A DNA stretch of 63,537 nucleotides, filler included. It is 15 parts of 15 records of this genome, joined end to end, with 100 filler letters (N's around TTAATTAATTAA, not from the genome) between each part and the next. Parts side by side here need not be neighbours in the genome. Positions count along the whole stretch, not along the records: positions 25,387 to 29,951 come from SRR7504441_85471; positions 30,052 to 34,139 come from SRR7504441_85539; positions 34,240 to 38,556 come from SRR7504441_85552; positions 38,657 to 47,446 come from SRR7504441_85566; 11 more parts are not named here. One strand, written 5' to 3'. The notes below the pieces were generated by a model. It did not search any database, was not told where the DNA came from, and was given only the letters and a program-made list of their open reading frames with translations. Shown in pieces: positions 25,287 to 38,826 of the stretch (within the stretch, counting starts at the first letter, position 1; each line of letters opens with the position of its first letter). The position numbers and the translations under genes were made by a program.

Positions 25287-25776
25287 NNNNNNNNNNNNNN
25301 NNNNNNNNNNNNNNNNNNNNNNNNNNNNNNTTAATTAATTAANNNNNNNNNNNNNNNNNNNNNNNNNNNNNNNNNNNNNNNNNNNNAGCTAAGCCGGACC
25401 TGAAGCCTGTTTTATGGCTTTTACGGTATCGGTGTCAGCCTCAAAGAGGCTAGGAAGACTGCGCAGAATCAGATTTAAAGTTTAGGTCCAAGGCACGCAC
25501 CCATCGTTGAGGATAAAAGCGGGCAGGCACCCGTTGGGACCGGGGGCTCATCTTGGGCTTCCACGGCCACGAGTCGGCGGGCGCCCCGGGTGCCGTCATT
25601 GTATTTCCCGCCTTGACTCAACTCTGTACGCAAATAGAATTCTCGGGAGTCGACCTGCTTGGTGAGCGCGACGCCGATAGTGCTGGGTCAAGGTGGGCCC
25701 ATGTAGTACCGCCGGTCTAAGTTAGTACAAAGTCGAATTACGGCCCAAGTTGACTCAGATGAATTTTAAATTTTAA

Positions 25777-28406
25777 TCAATCGAAAGAGTCGCTTACATG
25801 CAACGGCTCTGTCTTGCTATCACATGTCGACCTATACGTATCGGTGGACCGAGCGCGTTTCGTCCAACAATGGCATGCAATCAAGATGCCCAGCATCAGC
25901 GCCGCCATCGCCACGAACCCAGCCCCGGCCGCCACTAGCCATGAGCACAATTTGCTCTGGCAGTGGATCCACGAGATCCACTGGTAATGCCAGAAAAGCA
26001 ATGTCCCGCCGGCACACAACACTGCAGCGAGGCACAGCGTAGCCGCCACAGCTCCGGCCGAGATGGCCTGCTCCTCCTCCTCTGCCCGAGTCAGCCCTCG
26101 CAGCGCCCGGATCCGTCTAAGCGCCGATGGCGGACCCGACATAGGACTGGCTATCATGTCAGATCTGCAGCAGTACAGGTCAGCCAGCAGTCAGCGCGCG
26201 AGAGGGCCCGCACATCACTGTGTCGACAGTGTGGCCCGACGAGGAAGAGCCACCGTCAGGGCACTGCAGCGCTTGGCTCGGTCCACCTGGCGAGGCGGCG
26301 CCCGCAATGGCCGCCCTCCAGTCTGAGAGCGAAGTGCGGGGCTGGCCGGCAAACGACCCGTATGCCAGGAACTCACAGAGCTCGTGCTGACTGCTGGCTG
26401 CCTCGAAAAATTGGGCAAACGTGACCACTTTGCTTCCTTGGGCTGGTTGTAGCATATTCACCTGTGGTCGGCAGCTCAGCATACGCCAGCAAGCTAGTGG
26501 CTGCCTTGGCCAGCAGCGACTCACGAACGTCGGCTCGATCCGGACTCACAAACTCGGCCTCGTCCGAGAGGATAGACAGGAACGAGGCGTCCGGGTGCTG
26601 CCCTAGGCTCTCGGCGTTGTCCGCAGAGCCCTCCGAGCGAGGCGACGCGTCAGGCGTGCCGAAGCACTCGGTCATGGAGCCGAGCCCATCTGCTATCGCC
26701 TGTTCTGGGGGCTCAGACGGCCGGCAGCGCCGGATTTGACCTCTAGGTCGCGCTGCGTGAGCACGCCAATCCCTTGAGAGTCGTACACGTCAAAGCACAG
26801 CTGGAGCCGCTCCTCTACGGAGCCGTCGCAAAGCACAGAGATCAAGCAGCAAAGCGCCCTGCTCAAGCTGGCGCCAGCCGAGCAAGCAGAGCACCTGAAG
26901 TCGATCATCCCACGGCTCTCTTTGTCCACTGCTGTGAACAGCGCCTCTGCATCTGCTGCCCCAATCCCAAGCGTGCTGTGCGCTGCTGTGAGCTCGCTGC
27001 GCGCCCACGATCAGCTGAGCGTCGAGCGGACGCACCGGAACAGTGCGCGAGACATTAGGCAGGACGGCTGGCCATCCTGGCGGGCGCATGCCTGCAGGCA
27101 CTGTCAGGTTGCGCTAGGCGAGCTTGACCTTCTTGAACAATCGGCGGAGCTGCATCAAGGTCTCAGTCGAGTAGTGGGTGTGCTTGGCCAGCAGATCCAG
27201 CTGGGCTGCATCCCTCGCCCAGCTGCCCCGCACCATCAGCCCCCGGCCCAGGCCGGCCACCGACCGTCGGCTCATCCTGAGCCGGCTGGCCTCCCGAAGC
27301 TTCTCGAGCTGCAGAGGCTGACCTGTGACCTGTCGGGGCTCAGCTGGCCAGATCTGCAACGGCACCAGCTCGATCGCCTGGTGCAAGTCGCCCCCCCGGA
27401 CCAACCGGCACTGCTGGACCATCCAGGCGTACACCGGTAGCTCGTCCTGGTGAACATGGTCAGCCAGGTCAGTACGTCAACGGGCACCCATGTATCTGGA
27501 GGCTCGTTCTCGGCGTGCTGCTCGAGCACAGACAGGATGGCCAGCATCCCCACCACCAGGCAGTCCGACCCGGCCCCGCCCAGCTGGTCGCTCCGGCACA
27601 TGAAATCCCACAACACCTGCGCTCCGCGTCGCCCCGCCCGTGCCCTCACCATCACCTGGGTCGCGCCGAATTCAAGGCTGTCCACGAACAGAGGCAGCAT
27701 CAACTGCTGGCAGAGCAGTTCCACCGCGTGCCGCAGCTCCTCGGGCTCGCCCCGGCCGGCCAGCCCGGGCACCATCTGCGGCAGCAGCCAGTCCACTACC
27801 CTGCAGTCTGCGTGGAACCCGTTGATTGCCGCGGGCGGCCTGCCCGGCCGGCTCGGCCCGGTCAGCCGAGCCAGCGGGCGCCGTGAGTAGAAGTCGGCCG
27901 GCAGCACTCGCTCTACTATGCAGCAGAGCAGCCAGAACGCCTCTTCCTCTGACTCTAGCAGTGTGAACCCAAAAAGAGCCACCTGCCGCCCGCGCTGGCC
28001 GGCCGGCCGGCCCACGCCCCCGCCTTGTGCAACCCGAGCGCGTACGAGTGCCCGCGCCGGACGAACGCGCGGAGCAGCCTGTTGAGCCCGGCCTGCAGCA
28101 TCGGGTCCTGCCGGTCGGTGTTGCGGATGACGCGCGAGAGGCTCGGCTGGTCCCCGGGCTCTGGGCCGGGCGGCTGGGGGGTGCACCTGGGACAGGTGGT
28201 CGGCGTGCAGCCGCGCCACGTCGTCCGAGAGCTCCCGCACGAACTGGCGCTGGGCGCTGGTGAAGCCGGCCTCGCCTGGACCAGCTCCGGGCGCCAGACG
28301 ACCCGGGCGCACCCAGGTGGCAGTACTCGGCGTAGCTGACGGGCGAGTGCCGGTGCAGCTCGTGCGCCCCGAGGGCCTCAGCCCAGCTGCGCACTCGGCC
28401 GCCCAT
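25777..28406 (-). CDS. Rab-GAP TBC-domain protein with EF-hands and two C-terminal transmembrane helices
   Basis: LSDDVARL, EEEAFWLL..IVE..LP.DFYS and VLWD (TBC); SVLCDGSVEERLQLCFDVYDSQGIGVL (EF-hand). A 49-nt GT-AG intron (~26165-26213) joins in frame to the hydrophobic ORF 25777-26157. Confidence 0.75.
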
Positions 28407-28578
28407 CGTTGGGTCTCTGAAAGCCTAGTATTAAGCTGCCATCGGCGCTCAATCAGGACCGGCAGCACTGCCCGAGGGGGTCAAGCGTTTGAGGTGCCGC
28501 GTCTCGAAGTCGAAAAAGCCGTTGATCTCAGCGCTCGGTCCACGCTCAGCGTGTCGGCGCCCCGAGGAGAATCGCGAG

Positions 28579-29818
28579 ATGAACAGCGCGGAGGCGATCC
28601 GGACGCACTGCACGCCTGTGCTAAAGGCGCTGATGAACAACAAGAACGCCCCCCCGTTCAACCAGCCGGTGGACTACATCAAGCTGGGCATCCCAGACTA
28701 CGGGAAGATCATCACTCATCCGATGGATTTCGGAACCGTCGAGGGCAAGCTGAACTCGGCGGCGTACGAGACGGTCGATGAGTGGGTCGACGACGTCCGC
28801 CTGGTGTTCGGGAACGCCAAAACCTTCAACCCGCCCGACCACGTTGTGCACAAAATGGCCAAGGCGCTCGAGACGGCCTTTGACAAAAAGCTGGCGGCTT
28901 TGCTCGAGAAGGTGGAGAACAAGAACCAGGGCGGCGCTGTCGGCGGGCGGAAGAGCGAGGTGGTGGAGGCCGACTGGTTGCGCAAGGCCAAGACCATTCT
29001 CAAGTCTGTCCAGGAACATCCGGAAGCGTGAGGCTCCCCCCTGGCTGCTGGCGGCTGAGCCCGCTGGCAGTTACCCTTTCCTCCAGCCGGTGGACTGGAA
29101 GAAGCTCAAGATCCCGGACTATCCGACGATCGTGAAGGACCCCTGTGACCTGTCCAAGGTCGGGCCTGCTCCTGGAACCACTGGGCTCAGCAGGCCACAG
29201 GTCGAAAAGCGAGTGAAAACCGGGCACTACCAGGGCGCCGAGGACTTCATTGACGACATGCATCTCATCTGGAAGAACGCGATGATCTACAACGCCGACA
29301 ATTCGACCATCCACATGATGGCCGCCAAACTTGCGGTTCGCTGCTGACTTCGCTCCCCTCTGATCCGATTGTCTGCAGACCTTTTTCGAGGAGAGCTGTT
29401 CGCAAGCTTTTGGGGTAGCAGAAGAGCGCGACACGTGTGCTGACTCCTGTCGCTGCAGGGGACACTCGGGAAGCGGAAGCGCTCGCATGATGAGCCAAAT
29501 TGTGATGTGAAGATGCCGCCGGAGCCTTCAGAGGAGGAGAAGACTCGTCCGGTGACTGTCGAAGAGAAGAGGGACCTTAATGACAAGATCAACCTGCTGG
29601 AGTCAGAGGATCTGGGTCAGATGGTGGAAATAATTAAGGTGCCAGGCTGCGCGCTCGCATGATTGCTGACGCTAGGCTTGCAGAGACGATGCCCACGGTG
29701 TATTGACCAGCAGGGGGATGATGGGATTGAGATTGATATCGACTTGCTGGAGCCGGGGAATCTGCGCTACGTAACCAAGTTTGTGACGGCATGCTGCGAC
29801 AGATACGTCGTGTCTTAG
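28579..29818 (+). CDS. BET-type protein: two bromodomains plus ET domain
   Basis: PFNQPVD..KLGIPDY..II.HPMDFGT...NAKTFN, a second YPFLQPVDW...IPDY...NAMIYN, and ET motif VTVEEKRDL..KIN.L...IEIDID.L. Confidence 0.93.
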
Positions 29819-30098
29819 ACACGTAGCCCCTCCAACACGTAGTTGAAGTGAGTTAGACCAAGCATGATATGATCGCATTTTAGTTATTAGAGTACCTGAG
29901 AGAGTAAAACTTTCCTTTTCGTAGACCATGAGCTCTAGCTGTCATCAGTATNNNNNNNNNNNNNNNNNNNNNNNNNNNNNNNNNNNNNNNNNNNNTTAAT
30001 TAATTAANNNNNNNNNNNNNNNNNNNNNNNNNNNNNNNNNNNNNNNNNNNNAGTTATCTGGTCTCAAGATTATGGCATGGAAGAGATCTATCACGAGT

Positions 30099-33003
30099 TC
30101 AGAATAATTGGGAGAGGTCATCGAGTAGAGAGTTTGGCGAGATTGTTGTTGAAGGCTGCGTTGCAGAGGTGCTGTTGGTCGAATTAGATGCAGCAGTCAG
30201 TAAATTCGCTTCTGGGGATGTAGGGGACATGAACGGATTTTCGCGTTGCTTTTTGTGCTGGTTGTTGCCTCCTTGTTGTTCTAGTCCGGAGCTGTCAACC
30301 CAGCGAACATCAACCTCAAGATCAGCTGACACTGGCCTATGGTCTGATTGCAACAGCTCATATCTCTCATACCTGTCGAGGCGGATCAGAGACATATCAG
30401 AGACAAGAAAATTAACAGTAACTAGTAAGTCAAGACGGGCACGTCAAAGCACGGATGTGTCTGCTGTCCTTCCAAAGCACACGATCGCAGTATGCAGGGA
30501 CCCTTTTCTTTTTGGAAGTATCATAGACTGTAGTCCCATGATCATATTTGTATGTGGGGGCAAAGCTGATTGGAGCTTCACGGTACCTGCAAAAGTACCA
30601 CTTCAGGTCTCCGCATAGCTCAGTTGTTGCGTACTGGTTGAATGCCTGCTTGTTATGCTGGGTTTTAAACAGCTGGTCCTCCTTGTAAAGAGCTTCCCAA
30701 TCTGAAGCTTGAACTAGAGTGCGCACCTGGTTGCCACACTCCTTAGAAAGGGCAACACAGAAACGGGTACATTTTCGTTGGACAGATCAATGCGGTAATT
30801 CAAGTCTCCAAGCCAGACAACGTGATCATGGTCATCCAGCCCAGTCCGGGATTTCTCAAAATGCAGCTGATCTGTTGCCAATTGATCAGGCATAACTTGG
30901 CTGCGTTGCATCACCAGTTATTGCAAAGAAGTGTTCATTGCGTCCTTTTACGTCACTTTGGCCAGCCGCCAGGTGGGTGCACCTGAGATCAGCACCTGGT
31001 GAGTGGTTGATAGTGGCAGAGAATCTTACACAAACAGAAGTGTGTCTTCGAATAATTGAAAACGGATACATGCAGCTCCCTTGTTCCCCAGGAAGCCTTT
31101 GAAACCAACCTGAAGCCGAATTTGAGAGACTTATGCATTGTCCAGCTATTCACCTTTACGATGGCTGATTCCACGCCGCTAATTGCATGCGCAAACTTGG
31201 ATCGCACATAGACACACAGAACCACTCCAACCTACAGCAATAAAATGGTTCAAGAAATGGCCGGGAGAAGCAGTCTGCGCGCGGACCAGCTGAACAGTCG
31301 TCAGGAGCAGATAACTGTCGTGGCGTTCTAAGCAGAGCTTGAGGTAGTCCTCCCACTGCTCACACACACTTGTGTCCGTTGAAACCGCCTACGTGATCAT
31401 TCAGATTCCAACCATGGTGCAAGGTAACCTGCTGCGCATTTAATGGTACTGCTTCTTGAAGCCCAAGGACCACAATATCACTATCACCAGCACCCACCTG
31501 AGAAGGCCAGAGTGTCAGTGCCCCATGAGATAAGATCGTCACCATCCATTTAGGCAGGCCGGTGCGCTTCTTGTTTGGCCCAAATGGTGTCCATTCAGCT
31601 ACATTCCATGTCAACACCCTCACCTTGAGGGTGCAGGTGCTTATTTCTGATAGTGCATGCTCCAGCATGTCATTTGCTTCGATGATTCCAGCTGAAAAAC
31701 AGCGGAGTCAGGTCAGGCTCTAAGGAGCACTGCACCTGTGTTGACTTTCCAAAGCCGTACTGAGCCGTACTTCGATAAGGTAACAACTACAACCTGAGAT
31801 CGATCTTTTGAGGGAGATTGATTCGGATGGCCCACCCGGCCATGAAGTTCCGTGGCAAACACTGTGTTTACAGTCGAGCTGTGGGCTCCCCATGTAATCA
31901 AAACCTTTTCGTGAGCTGGAGAAACCAGGGAAACCTCCCCAGTAGCACTACCGCACCACAACAATCCTGACACACCCACGCGTAACGGCCGGTGGCGTGC
32001 GAGTAGCCCAGGCACCATCTTGTGTGCGTGCCATTGTGACAATCTCTGAATTCAGCGAACCACTGGATTCGAGCTCAATCTCTCCAACCAATTCGTCGGA
32101 CGACCAGGCCGTCACTTTGCCACTGGCATTGGCGCACCAACTGCCACAGCAACCATGCCTGAGCCAGCCAGACCCACCCATCGGCGCACCGTGCATCTCC
32201 AACGCGGGTCATTGATGTGACGGGATCCTCGCCTTTGGCATCACTCCGCGGTAGCTTCTTTGCGAGAGTGACCGCACTGCTCGCCACATCCACCACAAAG
32301 ACGGAGCCCAACCAGAGTACCCAGATCTGGCCCTCGTCCGAGGGCTCAATCAACGGCTGGCACCTCACCTGATCAGCGGTCAGCCACAAAGCTCCAGCCA
32401 GCGCACCTCCGCATTCAGGGCACGCTTGGTGGCATACGTCCCCAGGCTCACCCGGCACACGATTCGGTGCCCCCGCAGATCATGGCCCATAAGCGTCCCC
32501 TCCTCGGAGAGAGACCACACCGACTGGTCGGCAATGCATGCAATCGCCACCACCGGCCCGTCCGTCCCGGCCAGCGAGCGCTCGCTGCTCGTAACGGTGT
32601 CCAGGCCTTCGACGGATCCGTTCCGCCTTCCCCACCAGAGGCAGCCAGCTCTGCTGCAGGCCATACAAAGCACGTTCTTCCCGTCCTTGATCTTGAACTG
32701 GCTGGCGCAGCGGCCGGTGTCGAGGTTCCACTTGCGCAGATTGGAGTCACCGCAGGTGAAGTAGTTTTTGAGCCCCAGGCAGCTGGCGTTGATGTTCCCA
32801 CGATGGTCCAGCTCCACCGGTTTGCTCACGTGCTTTTTGCTTTGGAGCCCCCCGAGTGCCTGAGTATACTTTGGCAGCAGCGGCTCGCCCTCAGTCTGCT
32901 GCCCAGCCACGCTCTCCTGGACCGGCGACGACCAGGCCGGGGCCGCTGCCTCAGCAGGCGCCCCTGCGTCAGCGAATGGCGCCTCGAACGGATTATCCAT
33001 CAT
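30099..33003 (-). CDS. Inositol polyphosphate 5-phosphatase with N-terminal WD40-like propeller
   Basis: VLTWNV, DIVVLGLQE, HLAAG, VVWLGDLNYRI, PTYKY, PAYCDRVLW and SDHRPV; beta-propeller-like repeats upstream; NPF motifs at both termini. Confidence 0.92.
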
Positions 33004-33125
33004 CCCTGGGCCCTACTCGACCGACCGCTCGGGCTTGCAGTGCGCCACCCCGGCCAGCAACGGAATCGTCGGGTCGCCGCACCGACTCACCGAGTTCGAG
33101 CCCGACCCGGCTGCTCCCGCGCCCT

Positions 33126-33836
<711 letters not shown>

Positions 33837-34239
33837 AAAAGATGGCAGTTGACGAATTAAAAGGGCGTCCCCCAATCGATTCAATACTATTGCACTGGCG
33901 TGCTACTCGTACGTAATCGTACATGACTGAACGAGTACTTTCTACGAGTGTATACTCTACAAACGTCGTGCAGCACGCTAGACCTTGCGACCAAAGGCAT
34001 CCGTTTCATCGCATTTGTAGTTCTTATTGTGCCTGATGTGATAGCTCTTGGCTTTGGGTGGCGCGTTCCCATGTGGATAGTAGGTGAATTCCTTTGACTC
34101 CTGCAACAGCGCAAATGTCAGCGCCAATCACATGCGCAGNNNNNNNNNNNNNNNNNNNNNNNNNNNNNNNNNNNNNNNNNNNNTTAATTAATTAANNNNN
34201 NNNNNNNNNNNNNNNNNNNNNNNNNNNNNNNNNNNNNNN

Positions 34240-34645
34240 ACTGGTGCGCGGCTGTTGCGGCCGACCGAGAGATGAGAAATCCCTGAGTACACTCTGCCTC
34301 AACTCGAGCGGCGTGCTCTTCTCTTGGGGCGATGGCGACTACGGGCAGCTTGGGCATGGGGATTCACAGGCTCGGTTGATTCCAACAGCTATAACTGAGG
34401 CACTAGAGCATCGACCAGTAGCAGACATGGCTGCTGGAGGCTATCATAGCCTTTGCGTGTCTAGTAGCGGCTGGCTTTATTCGTGGGGACACGGTCACTA
34501 TGGGCAGTTAGGCATGGTGGATATCGAATCACGGCTCCAGCCATCACTAGTAGTTGCACAACCGGCGGGATACAACCGTCAAATGGCTATGGGGACGCCA
34601 CGCGATTCGTTTACAAGTGCAAGTATTGTATTAGTAAACAATTAA
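34240..34645 (+). CDS. RCC1-repeat protein, C-terminal fragment
   Basis: LFSWGDGDYGQLGHG and AAGGYHSL...LYSWGHGHYGQLG repeats. Confidence 0.85.
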
Positions 34646-34796
34646 TTCACAGCCCCATGTTTCTTTGTGCAACGCATCAGTTTATCATCATTTTATTCAT
34701 ACATTATTCATACTCGTACTCGTACTGGTACGCACCTAAACAATTGATATATAAACAATAGGTGGAGCTCGGTCAATTCTGTCCATCAGACGAGTC

Positions 34797-35788
34797 TCAC
34801 TCTTGCATCGACATGGTCATCGAGTCGCGAGCACTCATTAGGCCTTGCGGTCCCTTGAGCAGCTTCTTGACCGTGGCCTGGCGCGACTCCTCTTCGATCG
34901 CGTCAGTCTTGCGCTCCATTTCCTGATCCATTTTCCGCTGATAGTCGCTGTCTTGCATTCGATCTCCAGTCGCCTTCATGAGGCAGCAGCAAGGGATCCA
35001 AGAGAGGCACAGCGTGCACAGCGAGCAGCCAACGCCAAAGTACTGCAACCCGGTGAGCCAGCCCCGGCCGACCGCGCACCATGGCTGTTTTGGCGCCGCA
35101 CACGCCACCAGCAATGACTGTATCCAGCAGAGCATACATGGTCTCATCCTTGATCTTCTCGGCAGCAAAGATTCTTTCCTCTTTGAGCACCGCAGAGAAG
35201 CACACAAACTCCTGCAACCGGCCCAGTCAGCCCCCCGGCGCCCCCGAGGAGCGCACGTAGGGCCCGATCGACTTGCCGTTGTCAAGATCCCAACGCTTGA
35301 AGGCTTTCTCGCACTCCCGGTCTGCAGGCCGGATCTCAACGGCTGGCTGTAGCGCTCGGGCGCACCGGACATCTTGAGCTCGGATCTGTAGTGCTCGCGC
35401 ATCTCGGCGTACTCCAGGAAGCCGTTGTTGTTGGTGTCCAGCGCTTTGTAAGTCCTCATGTCCTGCGGCATCCTCTCGGCGGGACCCAGCCAGGACGGAC
35501 GCATACCTCGTCGTACCAATCTCCAAAGATCTCGTTCCCGCCTTGCTGCACCCGTCGTATGGTGGCTGCCCGGGATCGCAGGGTGCTCATGAAGGCCGGG
35601 TCTCCGTTCCCTGCCCTGTGCTGCTCGTCGGCCATCTCCTCGAGCTTGCGGGCCATCCGTTCATAGTCCTCGTACCGGTCGTTGTGCGCCTTGCGGTACA
35701 GACTCAGACACTTGGACTTGTCGATGTCCCATTGTTCACCCCCACCGACAGCTCCTGGTGGTAGCAGCGGCACTCCCTCACCCGACAT
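34797..35788 (-). CDS. EF-hand protein with Cys-rich hydrophobic C-terminal segment
   Basis: YKALDTNNNGFLEYAEM and FKRWDLDNGK EF-hands; CSLCTLCLSWIPCCCL; multiple mini-introns. Confidence 0.7.
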
Positions 35789-35849
35789 CCCCCAACAACT
35801 GCCTTTCGGTTACAGTGCCGTTGACACAGCTCTGCGGGAGGGGAGAGGT

Positions 35850-38556
35850 ATGCCACCTCCGACCCAGCAGCGCACCGAATGGGTGCCGGACGACGCCGCG
35901 AGCGAGTGCTCCGGATGCGGCGACAGCTTCGGCTTCCTCACCCGCAAGCACCACTGGTCCGTCCCCGGCCGCCGGTCGGCTCACCGGGGCCCGGCAGCCG
36001 ATGGTGTGGACACATCTTTTGCAGCAACTGCACTGTCAAGGGCTCTGTGGCGGCCAACTTTGCCGAGCGGCTCTGCCGGCCGTGTGAAGGATATCTGGCC
36101 CAGAGCCGCAAGGGGGCCAACTTATCGTTGATGGGTCCAGGGGCGGCCCCCCCTCTGGTCTCGGGCGCCCCTGCCGAATCTTCTGCAATGGCAGTCTACA
36201 CCGGCGGCCAGCCTGAGGACGCCCCGGTGTTTGCTGCCGGCCGAGGCGCCTCCCTTCCCCGCGGGGCACCGGGCGAGCTCCGGCAGGTGGGGCGGGTACC
36301 GGCTCCTCGACCAGCCTGTGGACGGACCCGGCCGGGGTGCGGGTCTGCGGGGCTTGCCAGACCGAATTCGGAATGTCCACCTGGAAGCACAACTGCCGCG
36401 GGTGCGGAGAAGTCTTCTGTGACAGCTGCACTAAGACCGAGCGACGGCTCCCGCCCGAGTTTGGGTACAAGGACGCGCCGCAGCGGATGTGCCCTACCTG
36501 TGTGTCGGACTGTGACGCCGGCAAGCTGCTCTCGCCCAAGCAACGCCTGCGCGACCGGTGCCAGCCGCGGCCGGACCGGCTGAGCGGTGCGCAGACGGGC
36601 AGCGGCGGAGGGCAGGCCCAAGAGCGGAGCCGACCAGATTCTGCTCGCAGCATACAAGTTGCTCCGAGTCGACCCAAACTGCCCCGATGACGATCTCAAG
36701 CCGGCCTTGCGCAAGCTGCAGCGCGAATATCACCCGGACCGGTAACCGCCGCCTGGCCAGGGGCTGAGCCGGGGCAGCCGGGGCGTTACGGCCGAGGAAG
36801 GGGCCAAGAAATTTGATGAAGCGATGCGAGCCTATCGTGTAATTCTTGCTGCCCGGCGGGGCGAGTCTATTGCGGTGGCGAACGAGGCGAGCGACGAGGC
36901 CGGCGGGATGACGATCGCCCAAGTGGTGGCCGGTTGCAACGCGCCGGACTGCCAGGTTGCCAGCCGTGCCAGCTGCAACGGTCTGAAGCTGGGCAGATTT
37001 GCCATCGGCCATTCTCAACCTTCACTAGGCAGCATCACTGCCGGTGCCGAGGCCGTTGGCGAGCTGGCCGACCGGGGGCAGCTCGTGTGGACGGTCGGTG
37101 TGCGACAATTGCTCGCCAGATCGCGCTAAAATGGTCCACTTCAATCACTTTTCTCCTGTTCGTATATGCACTGACTGCACCAAAGCCGGCGCCGAGCGCA
37201 AGTGCCCACCCCGCACCCCGAGGGCCGGTCCGACGGCCTGGCAGGAAGGAGGCCCCCAAGCTCGCGATGCTCCAGGGCACACCAGTGCTAGCGGGCCACG
37301 AGTATCTCGGAGAGCTGAGCACAATGATCAGGATCGTTCATGAGGAAACCGTGATGTGAGGCCGCCAAACTGGCTCGGGTCACCCGGTCACAGGAGCCCG
37401 ACCAAAGGCAACCCGTTCGTGAGCTACTCGATTGTTGTTCGGTTCGAAAAGGCTCGCGAATCGCATCACGACCCGAGCTCGCTGCACGCTCACTACATGT
37501 CGATCCATCGTCGGTACAGCGATTTTGTGTGGTTGAACAATGAGCTGACCAGAACCTTCTCCGACAAGGCAGCTCCCAGTCAGCATTGCCACTGAGCTGT
37601 ACGAGGTAGGTGCTTCCTGCTATGCCGAGCAAGATTCAGTTCAGCATCACCGATTCTGGTAAGCAAGCAGACGCACGTGACCGGCGCAACCAGCTCGAGA
37701 GCTACTTGCGGTCGCTGCAGGGCCACAGGATGTTCCAGGTAGCCGGCCGGCTGGCTCGGGTGCCAGTCGAGACAGGCTTCGTACGCATACAAGATGTTCT
37801 TTGTCGACGACGTGGACTTTGCGACTAAGGATGCTATGCTGTATGAGCAGCTGCAGCCGGCGATGGACCAGCTTGGATCAACGGAGCACTGGCTAAGGTT
37901 TAGGACCGAGGACGTGGTGCTTGGCCGGATCGAGAGGGAAGTGCAGCGCCGGATCACGGCCCAGACCAAACGGGCTGAGCTGCAGGCATGCTGCAGGGCT
38001 GGAATAGCTGAGTTGGGGCCAGGTTAAGGCCGGCAAAGATCTAGCCGAGAGGCAGCACGATTATGAGCTGCGGCATAAGAAGCAGGTGGCCAGATGGGCG
38101 GGGCTGGGTGACGGAGAGAGCAGATCCAACGGCAAGCTGACTTGGATGCCCGGAGCAAGCTTCAGAAAGAGCGATTTGGACGGGAGGAAGACCGCAAAAA
38201 GCAGCAGATCGACTCGACCGGGCTTGTGTGGGTGGATAGAGAGCAGGGTGAGAGGATGGCCTGCAGGGGTGAACTGAGGCGGGCCACAGATGACACGAGC
38301 AGGACTGCTGAGGCAGCCGAGAGACAGGTCCAGAAGGAGACCTTTCAGGTCGAGTGCGAGAGTCATGAGCAAGCTGTGCAGCTGCTAGCGGAGGACACGC
38401 GTGTGCACTTGCAAGGCAGGGCAGCCTGGGAGGCAGAGGTACCCAAGTGGCGGAACGATGTGATCGACTGGCTGCTTGAAAACGCTGGAGCGATGCTGCC
38501 TACTCAGCCTTCAGGCGTCCTAGCCAGGTGCCCGGCTGCTGCTTGTGGTGAACTGA
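35850..38556 (+). CDS. FYVE-FYVE-DnaJ-FYVE-PX multidomain protein (3' truncated)
   Basis: WVPD...C..C...RKHHCRWCG..FC; KHNCRGCG.VFC; YKLL.V......LK.ALRKLQREYHPD; RQHHCR.CGRSVC; RRYSDFVWL...L......LP.MPSK....RR..LE.YL. Confidence 0.85.
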
Positions 38557-38656
38557 NNNNNNNNNNNNNNNNNNNNNNNNNNNNNNNNNNNNNNNNNNNN
38601 TTAATTAATTAANNNNNNNNNNNNNNNNNNNNNNNNNNNNNNNNNNNNNNNNNNNN

Positions 38657-38755
38657 GCCGATCGCCAGGCCCCGGGGGAGCGGTCCGGGCGCACCCTCCG
38701 GGTCGCCCAAGGCCAGGCACGCCGAGGCAACCATGGCCAGAATCACCGCAGCCAT
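38657..38755 (-). CDS. N-terminus of a secreted protein (truncated by contig end)
   Basis: MAAVILAMVASACLALG signal-peptide-like start, divergent from the gene at 38827. Confidence 0.4.
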
Positions 38756-38826
38756 TTTATCAGAATCCCAACGGCAAAGTCGGGCGGGATAGAGGCGCGT
38801 GCAGCTCCCCTCACGGTAATGCCGTA

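Noticed and set aside
30099-33003. Fragmented ORFs suggesting pseudogenes, frameshifting or stop-codon reassignment
   Set aside because: The breaks I examined resolve with short GT-AG or GC-AG introns, and TAA, TAG and TGA all serve as normal terminators.
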